DNA of 64,000 bases from a bacterium (GCA_965261595.1 CBDHDG010000004.1:352001-416000); one strand, 5' to 3'. Numbered from the stretch's first letter, positions 19,127 to 29,975 are shown. Made by a program: numbers and translations. The notes: generated by a model from the sequence alone, not told the origin.

Positions 19127-20218
19127 TTGCCGGTGCCGCGGGAAAACGTGGACTTGCTCAAACTGGTGAAGGGCGGGGACATCATCCCCCGGTTCGTCTC
19201 GAACGGGTTCGATATCGGCGAGATCGAAGAGACGCTGGAAGGGATCCACCGCACGGAGGATTGGGCCCCGGAGTGGGCCCGGCTCGGAGAGAGGCACGCC
19301 GGATTGGCGGAAACGGCCCTTCGGGCGGGCCACGCCCTGACGGCCGGCGAAACGCTCATCCGCGCCTCCCTCTGCCACCACTACGCCCAGTTCCTGTCCT
19401 TCGAAGCGAACGAAGAGAAGCGCGGGAACCAGGAAAAGAAGATCGCCCTCTACACCCGGGCCCTCCCCCTGGTGGACCCCCCGATCGAGAAGGTTCGGAT
19501 CCCCTTCGAAGGCGTATCGCTGCCGGGATACTTCCGTGTTCCGCAAGCGGGGGCCCGGCCCCGCGCCTGCGTCGTCTTCATCGAGGGCACGGACTCCACC
19601 AAAGAGGAATCCTATTACATGGGCAACGAGTTTCTCCGCCGGGGGATGGCCACCCTCGCCTTCGACGGTCCCGGGCAGGGGGAGACCTTTTACTTCATGA
19701 AGATGCGGTCCGATTTCGAGAAGGCGGTCGAGGCGGCCATCGACTTCCTCGCGGGCCGGCCCGAGGTGGACGCCGCCCGGATCGGCGTCCTCGGCCGAAG
19801 CTTCGGGGGACACCTGGCGCCCCGCTCCGCCGCCCACGACTCCCGGATTCGGGCCTGCGTCTCGATGGGGGGATATTTCGACACGTCCTTCTACCGCTGG
19901 GAGGAGCCCCTGCGCCGCATCCGGTTCCAGTTCATCTGCGGCAAGGAAAGCCTAGAGGAGACGAAGGCCGTCGCCGCCCGATTCACGCTCTCGGGAAGGG
20001 CCGATCGGATCCAGTGTCCGGTCCTGGCCGTCCACGGAGAGCGGGACCACGGCGTGCCCAGGGAGCAGGCGGAAAAAATCGTCCGAGGCTGTGCGGGAGA
20101 GGCCACGCTGCTCTCCCTGCCCACCGGCAACCACGTCTGCCACAACATGACACGTTACATCTTCGCCCACGTGAGCGACTGGATGGCGGACCGGCTGGGA
20201 AAGGAAGCGGGAACATGA
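19127..20218 (+). CDS. Alpha/beta hydrolase (2,6-dihydroxypseudooxynicotine hydrolase/FrsA-like)
   Basis: GTDSTKEE, FDGPGQGE, nucleophile GRSFGG, GNHVC. Confidence 0.82.
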   Translation: MPVPRENVDLLKLVKGGDIIPRFVSNGFDIGEIEETLEGIHRTEDWAPEWARLGERHAGLAETALRAGHALTAGETLIRASLCHHYAQFLSFEANEEKRGNQEKKIALYTRALPLVDPPIEKVRIPFEGVSLPGYFRVPQAGARPRACVVFIEGTDSTKEESYYMGNEFLRRGMATLAFDGPGQGETFYFMKMRSDFEKAVEAAIDFLAGRPEVDAARIGVLGRSFGGHLAPRSAAHDSRIRACVSMGGYFDTSFYRWEEPLRRIRFQFICGKESLEETKAVAARFTLSGRADRIQCPVLAVHGERDHGVPREQAEKIVRGCAGEATLLSLPTGNHVCHNMTRYIFAHVSDWMADRLGKEAGT

Positions 20219-21457
20219 GCGCGAGCGGCCCCGCCGATCGGGAGAAGACGCGGCCCGACGACGCCAATCCGGATCTCCCTCCCCGGTTCTCCGCGTCGGA
20301 ATACGGCCGGCGCTACACCCTCGTCCGCGAAGAAATGGACCGGCGGGGTCTGGCGGCTCTCATCCTGTTCGGGGATTCCGGCCACATCGGGGGATTTCAG
20401 ACCAACTGCCACTATCTGTCCAACTACATCGACCAGTTTTACAGCTACGTTGTCTTCCCGGCCGAAGGCGAGCCGACGCTTTTCTTCTGTCTCCAGCCGC
20501 ACGAGACAGGGGTCCGCCAATACTCGGTGATCGAGGACATCCGCTGGGGCGGGTGGGACATCGCGGCGGCCGTCGCCGGAAGGATCCGTGAATTGGGTGT
20601 TGACCGGAAGCGAATCGGCCTCGTGGGCGTGAGCAGTTTTCAGATCCGGTTCACCCTCCCCAGCGACCACATGGAGACCCTCGGAAAGGAGCTTCCCCAC
20701 GCGGACCTCGAGGTCGCGACGGACATCCTCGAAGAGATCCGCCTCATCAAGAGCGACGAGGAGCTCGACGCCATCCGGAAGGGGGCGGCCTTCTCCGACG
20801 CGGCCGTGCGCGCCCTGGAAGAAAACATCCGGCCGGGGATGCGAGAGGAGGAGTTGGAGGCGATTGTCGTGGACCGGGTGATCCGGGAAGGGGGGTTCCC
20901 TCACGTTCAGATGATCGGGTCCATGCCGATGGCCGACCCCGATCTGTTCTGCCCTCGGCCCCACCCCACGGGCCGCCGGCTGCAGAAAGGGGACATCATC
21001 TTCACCGAGATCAGCGCGAGCCACAAACCGGTACTCCGGCCAAATCGTCCGGGCCATCGTCCTGGGCGAGCCGACGAAGCGGATCCGGGAGTTGTTCGAC
21101 CTCGCCGCTTCGGTCCATGACGCGATTGCCGGGGTCCTCCGGCCGGGCGCGACCGAGCAGGACGTGATCGGCGCCCTCCAGCCCATCAAAGAGGCCGGGC
21201 TGATCATCCAATGCTCGGGCCTGCACGGCTGGGGTCAAACGCTAGGGCGGCCGACCATCGGCTTGCCCGGCGTCGGGCGCTGGGTGGAGGGGGGCATCGC
21301 CCCGTTCACCTTCCGCGCGAACATGACGATGATGATCGAGCCCAATCCCGTGACGCCGGACAAAAAGATGGGGATGTTCGTCGGGAACCTGCATCTTGTA
21401 ACAAACGGCGACGCCATAAACCTTCAGAAATACCCCCTGAAACTCATTTTCGTATAG
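20215..21457 (+). pseudogene. M24 (Xaa-Pro peptidase/creatinase-fold) protein, frameshifted near 21025
   Basis: FSASEYGRR, RLIKSDEE, then GQIVR...HGWG...IEPN in a shifted frame. Confidence 0.8.
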
Positions 21458-21520
21458 CTCGAACGGAAGGGGACCTTTCCGGTTGGCAAGAGACGCGTGG
21501 TTGGACCCCTCGTCCGATCC

Positions 21521-23215
21521 CTAATGGGGCGGGGGCGAGAGCGGCGGCAGGCCGTAGCCTGTCTCTTGCGGGTCGGTTAAGACCTCCAACAGCCCTGGTT
21601 CACCCGTCGCAAGGGCCTCCTCAAGGGCGGCCCGAATCTCTTCGGGATCTTCAACCCGCCGGCCGGCCACGCCAAAACCTTCAGCGAGTCGGATGAAATC
21701 GAGATCGGGCGGGGTCAGGTCAACGCCAAGGTATTTAGCCGTCTTCGCCGCCCGGCCGTCGAGCCAGTGGAGGGGCGCCTTGACCGAGACGTAGCCCCGG
21801 TTATTAAAAACAACGGTAATCACCGGCAGCCCATAGCGGGCAACCGTCCAGAGCGCCTGGATGTTCATCACCAGGCTCCCGTCACCGCAGCAGGCGAACA
21901 CCCTGCGCTCGGGCCAGGCCAGTTGCATGCCGAGAGCTGCGTGGAGCCCCCAGCCGATGCACCCGCTCGACACCGAGAAGAAGGCCGGCTTCGGGAAGGT
22001 GAGAAAGGTCTCCAGATACCCCCGGCCGGTGATGCTATCGTCCACCACGACGCCGTCGGACCCTTTGACCGCGTCGATCTCCCGGACCAGGCGCCAGGGC
22101 TTAATGGGGCGGCTTCCGGACTCGTTCTCCAACTCCTTGCGCAGCTCGGCCCGTCGCGTTTGCTGTTCCTTCTCCAAGGAGCCTCGCCGGTTCTCGGCGA
22201 GCTTCCGCTCCGGGTCCGTGATGCGGCCCCTGAGAGCCGCCAGGAGGGCGCGGAGCCCGCTTCCGGCGTCGCCCAGCAGGGGGATGTCTACAGGATGCGT
22301 CTTTCCCAACTCAGCGGCGTCCTCGTGAATCTGAATGAGACGGACTCCTGCCGGCAGGGTCAGGCCGTGGGCGAAGTCGGCCTCCATAAAAAGGCGGGCC
22401 CCTACGCCCAAAAGGACGTCGGCCCGGCGGTAGAGGGACGATTCGCCATCGAAACGGCCGAAATAGAGCGGATGAGTCGTCGGGAAGCTCAGGAAGGCGT
22501 TCCAGGGCTCTGAGACGACCGGCGCCGCTAGGTGTTCGGCAACCTCGGCCAAGTCGTCCACAGCACGGGCCGTGAAGACGCCGCTGCCACACACGATGAG
22601 GGGCCTTTCGGCCGCGAGCAGGGTGACGGCGGCACGCTCGATGCTCTCCGGGTCGGGGGCGAAAGAGGCGGGCGGAGGATGGGCATCCGGAAGCGAGACC
22701 TCGCTCTCTTCCCGGAGCAGGTCCTTCGGAAGCGATAGGTAGACCGGCCCGCGCGGCGGAGTCATGGCAAGGCGCAGGGCCCGGTCCACTGCCTCGGCCA
22801 TGCGGTCGGCCCGGGGCACTTCCCAGGCCTGCTTGGTAAACTGCAGGACCACCTCCACCATGTCCGAGGTATCAGTGAAAGAACCGCGGCCCAGCAGCCG
22901 GGTATCCTGCTGGCCTGAGGCCACGACCACCGGGCTGCCGTCACGCCAGGCGTTGTAAAGCCCCCCCACCAGGTTGGAGGTGCCCGGAAGCATGTGCACC
23001 AAGACGAAGGCCGGCCGGCCGGAAGCGCGCGTGTAGCCGTCCGCCATGGAAACGAGGCTCCCCTCGTGGAGGGCCAGAATGAATTCAATCTGGGGGTGAT
23101 CCACGAGGGCGTCAACAATGTCCTGCACGCTCGAACCGGGGATGCCGAACACGTATTTCACCCCGTGCGCGAGGAGCGCCTGGACCACCGCTTGCCCGCC
23201 CGTGATGCGCGGCAT
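21521..23215 (-). CDS. Thiamine diphosphate-dependent enzyme (benzoylformate decarboxylase-like)
   Basis: VFGIPGS, LHE...MADGY, GDGS...NNRGY ThDP motif. Confidence 0.88.
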   Translation of the reverse strand: MPRITGGQAVVQALLAHGVKYVFGIPGSSVQDIVDALVDHPQIEFILALHEGSLVSMADGYTRASGRPAFVLVHMLPGTSNLVGGLYNAWRDGSPVVVASGQQDTRLLGRGSFTDTSDMVEVVLQFTKQAWEVPRADRMAEAVDRALRLAMTPPRGPVYLSLPKDLLREESEVSLPDAHPPPASFAPDPESIERAAVTLLAAERPLIVCGSGVFTARAVDDLAEVAEHLAAPVVSEPWNAFLSFPTTHPLYFGRFDGESSLYRRADVLLGVGARLFMEADFAHGLTLPAGVRLIQIHEDAAELGKTHPVDIPLLGDAGSGLRALLAALRGRITDPERKLAENRRGSLEKEQQTRRAELRKELENESGSRPIKPWRLVREIDAVKGSDGVVVDDSITGRGYLETFLTFPKPAFFSVSSGCIGWGLHAALGMQLAWPERRVFACCGDGSLVMNIQALWTVARYGLPVITVVFNNRGYVSVKAPLHWLDGRAAKTAKYLGVDLTPPDLDFIRLAEGFGVAGRRVEDPEEIRAALEEALATGEPGLLEVLTDPQETGYGLPPLSPPPH

Positions 23216-23260
23216 GATTCCCTCCCAACTCGACTTGGCTTGTCCGGAATCCCTGCGTGC

Positions 23261-24394
23261 TCAACCCGCGGATTCGGTGAGCCGATCCACCAGCCAGTCG
23301 AACATGTAAGGATAAACCTGGGAGGTGTTGTCCATATTGCAGTGGGCCGCACCCCCTTCATCGGGGCTCCACATCCTCAGCTCTTTCGGTCCGCGGGCGC
23401 CATCATAAGTCTTTTGGGCCGACTCGGGTGCGACGATGTAGTCCTCTTCTCCGTGGACGACGAGCAGAGGGCAGGTGAGACGTTCGATCACACCATCCAG
23501 CGTAAACTCTTTCAGTATCTTCCGTGCCTCTTCCGGCCCCTTGGCCCCCACCAGCCATTCCATCTGGCCCTGAATGGGAGGGAAGAAGTCATAGAGGTCC
23601 GGGAGTAGGTCGAAGCAGGCGCCGTAAGCGACGCAGGCCTTGACGCGGGGGTCGAAGACCGCGCCCCTCGGGGCGTAATATCCCCCCATGCTGACGCCGA
23701 TGAGGCCGATGCGGTCCGGGTCAACCTCCGGACGGGCCACCAGGTAATCGACCGCCGCCTTGGTTGCCACCTCGTAGTCGGGCCGGCTGGGGATGCCGTG
23801 AAGGCGAAGCGTCTCTCCTTGGCCGGGGCCATCGACGGTGAGGCAGGCCATGCCCCGTTTCAAAGCCTCCTGGGCCCCGAGGAAGTAAAGCTCCTCGGCG
23901 TTGGAGTCGGCTCCGCCGAAGTAAACCAAGGCCGGGGTCTTGCCCGCAACGCCGGACCGGTTGGGAAAGAAGTACCCGTGCAGGCTCGTGTCTTCGTAAG
24001 GGACGCGGACAGCCTCGAGGGGCGGGCTGAAATACCGGCCGGCTTTCTGGAAACATTCCGTCCCGCGCAGATAGGTCGGCGTCTTGCGCTCGTCCGCCGG
24101 CTCGATCATGAACTCGGCGGCCCTGTAGTACGAGCAAGCGCGGAGGTGGAAGTCGTGGGCCGTGGCGGTATGGGACTGAGCCTCGGCCTCGCCAGCCAGT
24201 TGCTCCAGCCTTTCGGCCTCGCGGCGCCATTCCGTGTACCAGTCCTCTTCATTCCCTTCCCGCATTCGCCGGCAGACGCGGTGGCACTCGTTGAAATCCG
24301 CCGCCCCTTGCGGGGCCTCGCCCACGAGTCGCATGAAATAGGAAGACCAGTTCCGGTTCTCGGGAAAGTACATGAACATCCTTTCCACCTCCAT
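23261..24394 (-). CDS. Alpha/beta hydrolase (DHPON hydrolase-like)
   Basis: GADSNAEE, DGPGQGE, GVSMGGYYAPR, AHC. Confidence 0.85.
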   Translation of the reverse strand: MEVERMFMYFPENRNWSSYFMRLVGEAPQGAADFNECHRVCRRMREGNEEDWYTEWRREAERLEQLAGEAEAQSHTATAHDFHLRACSYYRAAEFMIEPADERKTPTYLRGTECFQKAGRYFSPPLEAVRVPYEDTSLHGYFFPNRSGVAGKTPALVYFGGADSNAEELYFLGAQEALKRGMACLTVDGPGQGETLRLHGIPSRPDYEVATKAAVDYLVARPEVDPDRIGLIGVSMGGYYAPRGAVFDPRVKACVAYGACFDLLPDLYDFFPPIQGQMEWLVGAKGPEEARKILKEFTLDGVIERLTCPLLVVHGEEDYIVAPESAQKTYDGARGPKELRMWSPDEGGAAHCNMDNTSQVYPYMFDWLVDRLTESAG

Positions 24395-24524
24395 GCATTT
24401 TTGTCAGAGCTTCCCAAAATATTTGCCGGCCAGTGCGGATCAAAAGACCGTTTCGTTTAACCTCCCAGGAAGTGGTAATATTATACACTATACTTTTGGC
24501 GCCACATAAAACTGCCGACTCCAG

Positions 24525-25604
24525 GTGAAGACCGTGGAATCCTTGTGGGATCTGATGGAGGGCGCTCGAAATTGCGTGCGGGGCTATACCTGCGTCGAGC
24601 CGGGGGAAAAGGTTCTCCTCTGGACCGATCGCTCCGCCGAGGTCGATTCCCGGGTGGTCGAGGCCTTCGGTGTGGCTGTGGAGGAGGTTGGAGCCGAGGC
24701 AATTCTCCTCGTCTCCAGGTCGGTCGTCCATCGCCTGAAGGAGCCTCTCCAGGGGCCCGTCCTCGCCGCGATGCGGGACGCCGATGTCGTCCTGAGCTTT
24801 CAGCGGCTTGAGAACGCAGCCACGATCCATAATGACGATCTGTCCGGCCTCCTCTTCTCAACGCCCCTGCGAAATACGGCCATCATCAGCCTGACGCCCG
24901 AGCTCGTGGCCTCGGCCTGGGCGCGGTTTCCCGCAGATCTCCTTTTCGCCCTCTACAAGAAAGTCCGCCAACAGGCCCTCTCCTCGGGGACGGACGTTTT
25001 CCGCCTGACCGATTCCCACGGATCGGACCTCACAGGCCGCATCCCCTACTGTTATGGTTTCAAGTACGTCGATCCACCGAAGAAATGGCAGTTCTTCCCC
25101 GGCGGGGAAATGGCCGAGCTTCCGGAGCCGCCCGTCGATGGTCAGTTGGTCTTTGAACAACTGGAAGGGTACGAGGGTTTCCTGACGGAGCCCATCCGCT
25201 TCACCATCGAAGGCCAGCGCGTAACCCGTGTCGAGGGGGGAGAGGAGGCCCGCTGGTTCAAGGAGCAGATGGATCGCTACGAGAATGGGAACTTCTTCTG
25301 CGAGATCGCCATCGGCATCAACCCGAAGGCCCCGGTCTCCGTAGGGCTGAAGACAAGGGCCATGGACACCATCGCCCACCGGCACTCGGGGACCTTCCAC
25401 TGCGCCGTAGGCAAATGGGGCACTCCGGACGTGGAGGTGCCGAGCAAATGGCATTGGGACGGCGGCGGTCTCCGCCCAACCCTGATGATGGGCGAGGCTG
25501 TGCTTGTCCAAGGAGGAAGGCTGACGGCTCTCGATGACCCGGAAATTCGGGATCTAGCTTCCAGATACGGTCACCCGGACGACGTGCTGGCCGAGGTATG
25601 GTGA
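24525..25604 (+). CDS. M29 aminopeptidase-fold metalloprotein (aminopeptidase T/NicX-like)
   Basis: VEPGEKVLL, FPGGE, EIAIGINP, GTFHCAVG, HWD pattern. Confidence 0.6.
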   Translation: MKTVESLWDLMEGARNCVRGYTCVEPGEKVLLWTDRSAEVDSRVVEAFGVAVEEVGAEAILLVSRSVVHRLKEPLQGPVLAAMRDADVVLSFQRLENAATIHNDDLSGLLFSTPLRNTAIISLTPELVASAWARFPADLLFALYKKVRQQALSSGTDVFRLTDSHGSDLTGRIPYCYGFKYVDPPKKWQFFPGGEMAELPEPPVDGQLVFEQLEGYEGFLTEPIRFTIEGQRVTRVEGGEEARWFKEQMDRYENGNFFCEIAIGINPKAPVSVGLKTRAMDTIAHRHSGTFHCAVGKWGTPDVEVPSKWHWDGGGLRPTLMMGEAVLVQGGRLTALDDPEIRDLASRYGHPDDVLAEVW

Positions 25605-25644
25605 AGTGTCATAGAAGTGTTTCCATGAGAGGGGGGAGAGCAAG

Positions 25645-26657
25645 ATGAAAAAGAATTGGACAAATGATTATCGGGTTCATCCTGGTGGGCATCTTTTTGG
25701 CCGGTGTCCCGGCGATCGTCACGGCCGAGAAAGTGAAATACAACCTCGGCTGGATCCCCTATGGCCTCCACGTGGGCTTCTTTGGCAGCCTTGGGGAGGG
25801 TTTTTACAAGAAATATAACATCGATGTGGAGTGGCAGAGAGGGTACGGGGCTCCCGACACCGCGAAGCGGGTGGCGGTGGGTCAATTCCAGCTCGGCAGA
25901 TCCGACATCTCCAACGTTGCCCTCGGTCGGGCCCGGGGGCTGAACCTGAAATCCATCGCCCAGTTCGTGACCCTTTCTTTCTCCCCACGCGATCCTCACG
26001 TTCAAGGGCTCGGGCATCCGGCACCCGAGGGATCTCAACGGCCGGACGGTCTCCACGGCCCCCCGGGCAATCGTCGACCAGACCTTCCCGGTGCTTGCCA
26101 AGAGATGGGGGATCAAGGTCGGGAAATGGATCTATGTGGAACCCCGGGGGATGAACGCGACCCTCCTGTCGGGGAAGTCCGAAGCCCTCCTCGCCTTCGG
26201 CATCTACCACAATATCCTGAACCGAGTGGCCAAAAAAATAGGGAAAGAGGTCCGCATCATGTGGTGGAGCGACTACGGCTTTGAGATGTTGGGGGAATCC
26301 CTCGTGACGACGGACGAGTTCATCCGGGAGAAGCCGGATCTGCTCCGCCGGTTTGTCCGGGCGACGTTCGAGGGCGTCGCCTGGGCCATCGAGAACCCGC
26401 TGCAGGCCGCAAGGCATCTGGAAAAGGCTGTCCCGACATCTAAGCCCGCCATCGAGGTGGTTCAGTGGAGGGTGACCATCGGGCGGATCCTGGCGCCGGG
26501 GATCCTGAAAAATGGGCTGGGGCAGCATGACTTCAAAAAAGTTGCGATCACCCGGGATCTCGCTTTCGACATCAACAACATTGAGAAGAAAATCCCGGTC
26601 GAGGCGATTGCGACCAACGCCTTCCTTCCGCCGAAACCCATTTTCCCCAAGAGGTGA
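25645..26657 (+). pseudogene. NMT1/THI5-family binding protein, frameshifted (about 25662 and 25980)
   Basis: LGWIPYGLHVGFF, RGYGAPDT in one frame; WSDYGFEMLG...RRFVRA in another. Confidence 0.8.
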
Positions 26658-26681
26658 AAGGGGGCGTAGAATAGGCATTCC

Positions 26682-26710
26682 GGAGGCCGCTGGAGCTTCC
26701 AGCGGCCTCC
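26682..26710 (+). terminator. 13-bp GC-rich stem-loop after the binding-protein gene
   Basis: GGAGGCCGCTGGA-GCT-TCCAGCGGCCTCC; no clear U-tract. Confidence 0.45.
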
Positions 26711-26824
26711 GTGGAGGAGTCTGTGCATGTACGGATGGCGCGCATTGATCGGCATCATCCGACCCAGCGAGGATCCTTTTTGGGAAGAGGAATTCAGGAT
26801 GGCGGCGCCGGAAGGGGTCGCCTG

Positions 26825-26960
26825 AACATGACGATGATGATCGAGCCCAATCCCGTGACGCCGGACCGGAAGACGGGGATGTTCGTCGGCAACCTCCACT
26901 GGGTCACGAAGGACGGCAAGGTCAACCTTCAGGCGTATCCGCTGAAACTGATTGTTGTTT
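26825..26960 (+). pseudogene. Isolated C-terminal remnant of an M24 paralog
   Basis: NMTMMIEPNPVTPD..GMFVGNLH.VT....NLQ.YPLKLI matches 21320-21457 at the DNA level. Confidence 0.75.
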
Positions 26961-27339
26961 GGTGTCTTGTTCGGTCATCCGTTGATAAAGTCGGCGCGCC
27001 CCATCGAGGCGGCTGTTTCCGTGTTGGTGGGGCGGGCATCTTGCCGCCATGCTTCGGCTGGTGCGCACGTCCCGGTTGGCGCCTTTCCGGTGAGCCGGCC
27101 GACGGCCGCCCTGAACCTTGTGTGAGGAGGTGGCTCGAAATCTCGCTTCCCTTGAATCTTTTCCCCAAAGGTCAAAAACAAAAAGGTTCGAGCCCGAGCG
27201 GATTCCTCACATTCTTCAGAGAGGAATAGCACAATGACGGGCCTTTACGCCTTCCATCATTCTCCCCTCCCCCTGATGGAGTTTTTTCAGCAAGCTGGTC
27301 TCTCGTCAGGACGATCCCATCGTTGAAGGAAGAATCCCG

Positions 27340-28345
27340 ATGAAGCTCATCACCTTCGAAATCGAAACCCCCCTGGGACCGGTCCGGCGCGTCGGGGCGC
27401 TTTGGGACCAGCCGGAAGGGGGGGGCGAAGAGCGCGCCGTGGACCTCGCCCTCGCATTCGCGGCCCGGCTCCGCGCCGAGGGGGACGAGCCGCGCTACCG
27501 GGAATATGCCGACTTCCGCCTGCCCCAGGATATGTGCGCGCTCATCGCGGGGGGCGAGCCCTCCCTCGACGCCGCCCGGAGGGCGATCGAATACGTCGCG
27601 GAGGGGGGGGAGGAAGCCGAGGGTCCATCGGGCGAACGGATATCGTCCACCCGCCCGCCCAGGTCCGTCTTCTCGCCCCGGTCCCGCGTCCGGCGAGCTT
27701 CCGGGACTTCCTCACATTCGAGCGGCACAGGGCGGACGCCGCCCGGCGGCGCGGCGAGGAGATCGACCCCCTCTGGTACGAGATGCCCACGTGCTACAAG
27801 GGCAACCGGCTCACGATCATCGGGCCCGGCGAGGACCTCCGCTGGCCGCGCTACACCGAAAAGCTCGACTACGAGCTCGAGCTCGGCATGTTCATCGGAA
27901 AGCCCGGCCGGGACATTGCCGAGGCGGACGCGATGGACCACGTCTTCGGCTTCTCGGTCCTCAACGACTTCAGCGCCCGCGACATCCAGATGGAGGAAAT
28001 GTCCCTGTGGCTCGGCCCCCACAAGGGAAAAGACTTCGGCTCGGCCCTCGGCCCCTGTCTGGTCACAAAGGACGCGTTCAACCCGGCGGACGCCCGGATG
28101 ACGGCCCGGGTGAACGGCGAGGCGTGGAGCCGGGGCAACGCGGGGGAGATGCACTTCTCCTGGAGCAAGCTGATCGCCTACGCCTCGAAGGAGGAGGAGC
28201 TGCTCCCGGGCGAGCTTTTCGGCTCGGGAACGGTGGGGACGGGGTGCGGGGCCGACCTCGACAGGTGGCTCAAGCCCGGCGACGTCTCGAGCTCGAAATC
28301 GAAGGCATCGGCGTCCTGCGAAACCGGGTGGTGAAGGGAGAGTAG
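27340..28345 (+). pseudogene. Fumarylacetoacetate hydrolase-family protein, frameshifted (about 27650 and 28290)
   Basis: RDFLTFERH, LDYELELG, NDFSARDIQ, KGKDF, GSGTVG motifs split over frames. Confidence 0.85.
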
Positions 28346-28513
28346 CCTGGGGGGACATTTTGAAAACTGTCCCCCGGAATGAACCTATCGAGGGCGGGAG
28401 GTTCCGGCTTTTCAAACTCCCATAGGGAGCAAAAGTCATGATCCGGGCAACGCCCGGCCGTTCGTCATATCGTTCAGCCGTTTGCCTTGGTGACAAACAA
28501 AGGGAGATTGATA

Positions 28514-28981
28514 ATGGACGAGGAAGACGCCACCCGGTTTTCCGGAAGCGAGTCGGATCGCAAACGGCTTCTGGAGCTTCACCGGCAATATCTCGATTCA
28601 AACCTCACGTTGGATACCGAGGCCCTGCGCGGGGTCTGGAGCGGGAACCCCGATTGCGTCTTTTTCAACGGCAACGGCTACACCTACCATGGCCTCGCGC
28701 ATTGGACAAAGCTCTGGGACTTTTACCGCGACCAGGTCAAGACCGCCGAGCCCTGGCGGTCCACGGACGTAAGGCTTACGGGCGGAGGGGACATGGCCCT
28801 CCTTACGTGCGAGCGGACGTGCAAAGTGGACTGGACGGGCGAGGGGGCGGCCGCCGATTTCACGGGCAAAGTGTGGAAGACCCGCTCCACGGAGGTGTAC
28901 GTCCGAGAGAACGGGGACTGGCGGTGCGTACATCTACACATTTCGACAGCCGCCGAAGGCCCCCGGCCCGGAGGGATCTGA
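28514..28981 (+). CDS. NTF2/SnoaL-like (DUF4440-type) protein
   Basis: C-terminal RSTEVYVRENGDWRCVHLHIS signature. Confidence 0.75.
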   Translation: MDEEDATRFSGSESDRKRLLELHRQYLDSNLTLDTEALRGVWSGNPDCVFFNGNGYTYHGLAHWTKLWDFYRDQVKTAEPWRSTDVRLTGGGDMALLTCERTCKVDWTGEGAAADFTGKVWKTRSTEVYVRENGDWRCVHLHISTAAEGPRPGGI

Positions 28982-28988
28982 ACGGATG

Positions 28989-29075
28989 TTTTATCCGCAG
29001 ATTTCGCAGATGGAAAAATCAACGCGAAGCTTTTGAAACTTTTTCTATGTCTTTCCTTCTGTGCAATCTGTGGAT
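28989..29075. repeat. Short inverted-repeat element of the ATCCGCAGAT/ATCTGTGGAT family
   Basis: ATCCGCAGATTTCGCAGA ... TCTGTGCAATCTGTGGAT; related to 35408-35596. Confidence 0.6.
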
Positions 29076-29090
29076 TCCTCCAAAGAAGTC

Positions 29091-29141
29091 GTAGGGGCCG
29101 GTTCAAGCCTGCCCTCTGCGAAGGCAGGGGGTCCCGGCCCG
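29091..29141 (+). repeat. GTAG-type REP with a nested palindrome
   Basis: GTAGGGGCCGG...CCCGGCCCG interrupted by CCTGCCCTCTGCGAAGGCAGG. Confidence 0.6.
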
Positions 29142-29303
29142 TTCCTTGCGGGTGAGCAAGTGCTTGGAGATTTCTTCATTCCCCTTCTTCCGGCCATGAC
29201 TGTTGTGCTATTGTCGTTGTTGGACATTTGACCACTATCGAAGACAAGATCGTGTGACTATGCAGTCCGAAGTATTGTCGGATGTTGAGGCCAAGGTGGG
29301 AGG

Positions 29304-29588
29304 ATGAGCATTGAGTCGCCGGATACATGGGTCATTACGGATCATGCCCGGTTTGCCATGCGGCATCGCTCAATTACGGAAGAGGAAGTGACAAGGGTCC
29401 TGTCGGACCCTGAGCAGAGCGAGGACATTGGTGGAGGACGATGGATTTACCAGTTGCGCCTGGAATCGGGCCTGCAAGGCAAGACCTATCTCTTCAGGGT
29501 GTTCGTTGACGTGAACCATTCTCCACCGCGGGTGATTACCGTTTACCGGACCAGCAAGATCAGAAGGTATTTGAGGGAAGAGCCATGA
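29304..29588 (+). CDS. DUF4258-domain protein (putative RelE-like toxin)
   Basis: ITDHARFAM..RSITEEEV..VL..P, LFRVFVD, VITVYRTSKI..Y. Confidence 0.75.
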   Translation: MSIESPDTWVITDHARFAMRHRSITEEEVTRVLSDPEQSEDIGGGRWIYQLRLESGLQGKTYLFRVFVDVNHSPPRVITVYRTSKIRRYLREEP

Positions 29589-29782
29589 AGGTCGTTTACG
29601 ACGAGGAAACGGACACCTTGACGGTGACGTTGAGGGATTCGTCGGTGGCGGAGAGCGACGAAGAGAAGACGGGAACAATTTTGGATTATGACGAAGACGG
29701 CAACCTCGTTTCCATCGAGATCCTGGACGCCTCGAAACGGGTGCAACAGCCGTGGGGAATCGAGTACGAGATGACGAAATAG
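29585..29782 (+). CDS. DUF2283-domain protein (putative antitoxin)
   Basis: MKVVYDEETDTLTV...ILDYDEDGNLVSIEILDASKR; ATGA overlap with the upstream gene. Confidence 0.85.
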   Translation: MKVVYDEETDTLTVTLRDSSVAESDEEKTGTILDYDEDGNLVSIEILDASKRVQQPWGIEYEMTK

Positions 29783-29975
29783 GGCGCCTGTTCCTACGGC
29801 GAAAAACGCTGTGTGCCCGCAAGAGCCTGCCCTGAGCGTAGCCGAAGGGGGTGCCCCCGCGACCACGGAATACACAACCCACGAATTTTTTTCTTTACGC
29901 CTCCCGCCGAACTTTCTTACGATTCCGGGCGTCAAACCCTTGTAGTCAAAAAACGTCTGACATGGGGATGCTCGT

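Noticed and set aside
27180..27215. tRNA-like GGTTCGAGCCC motif
   Set aside because: No cloverleaf, acceptor stem or CCA.
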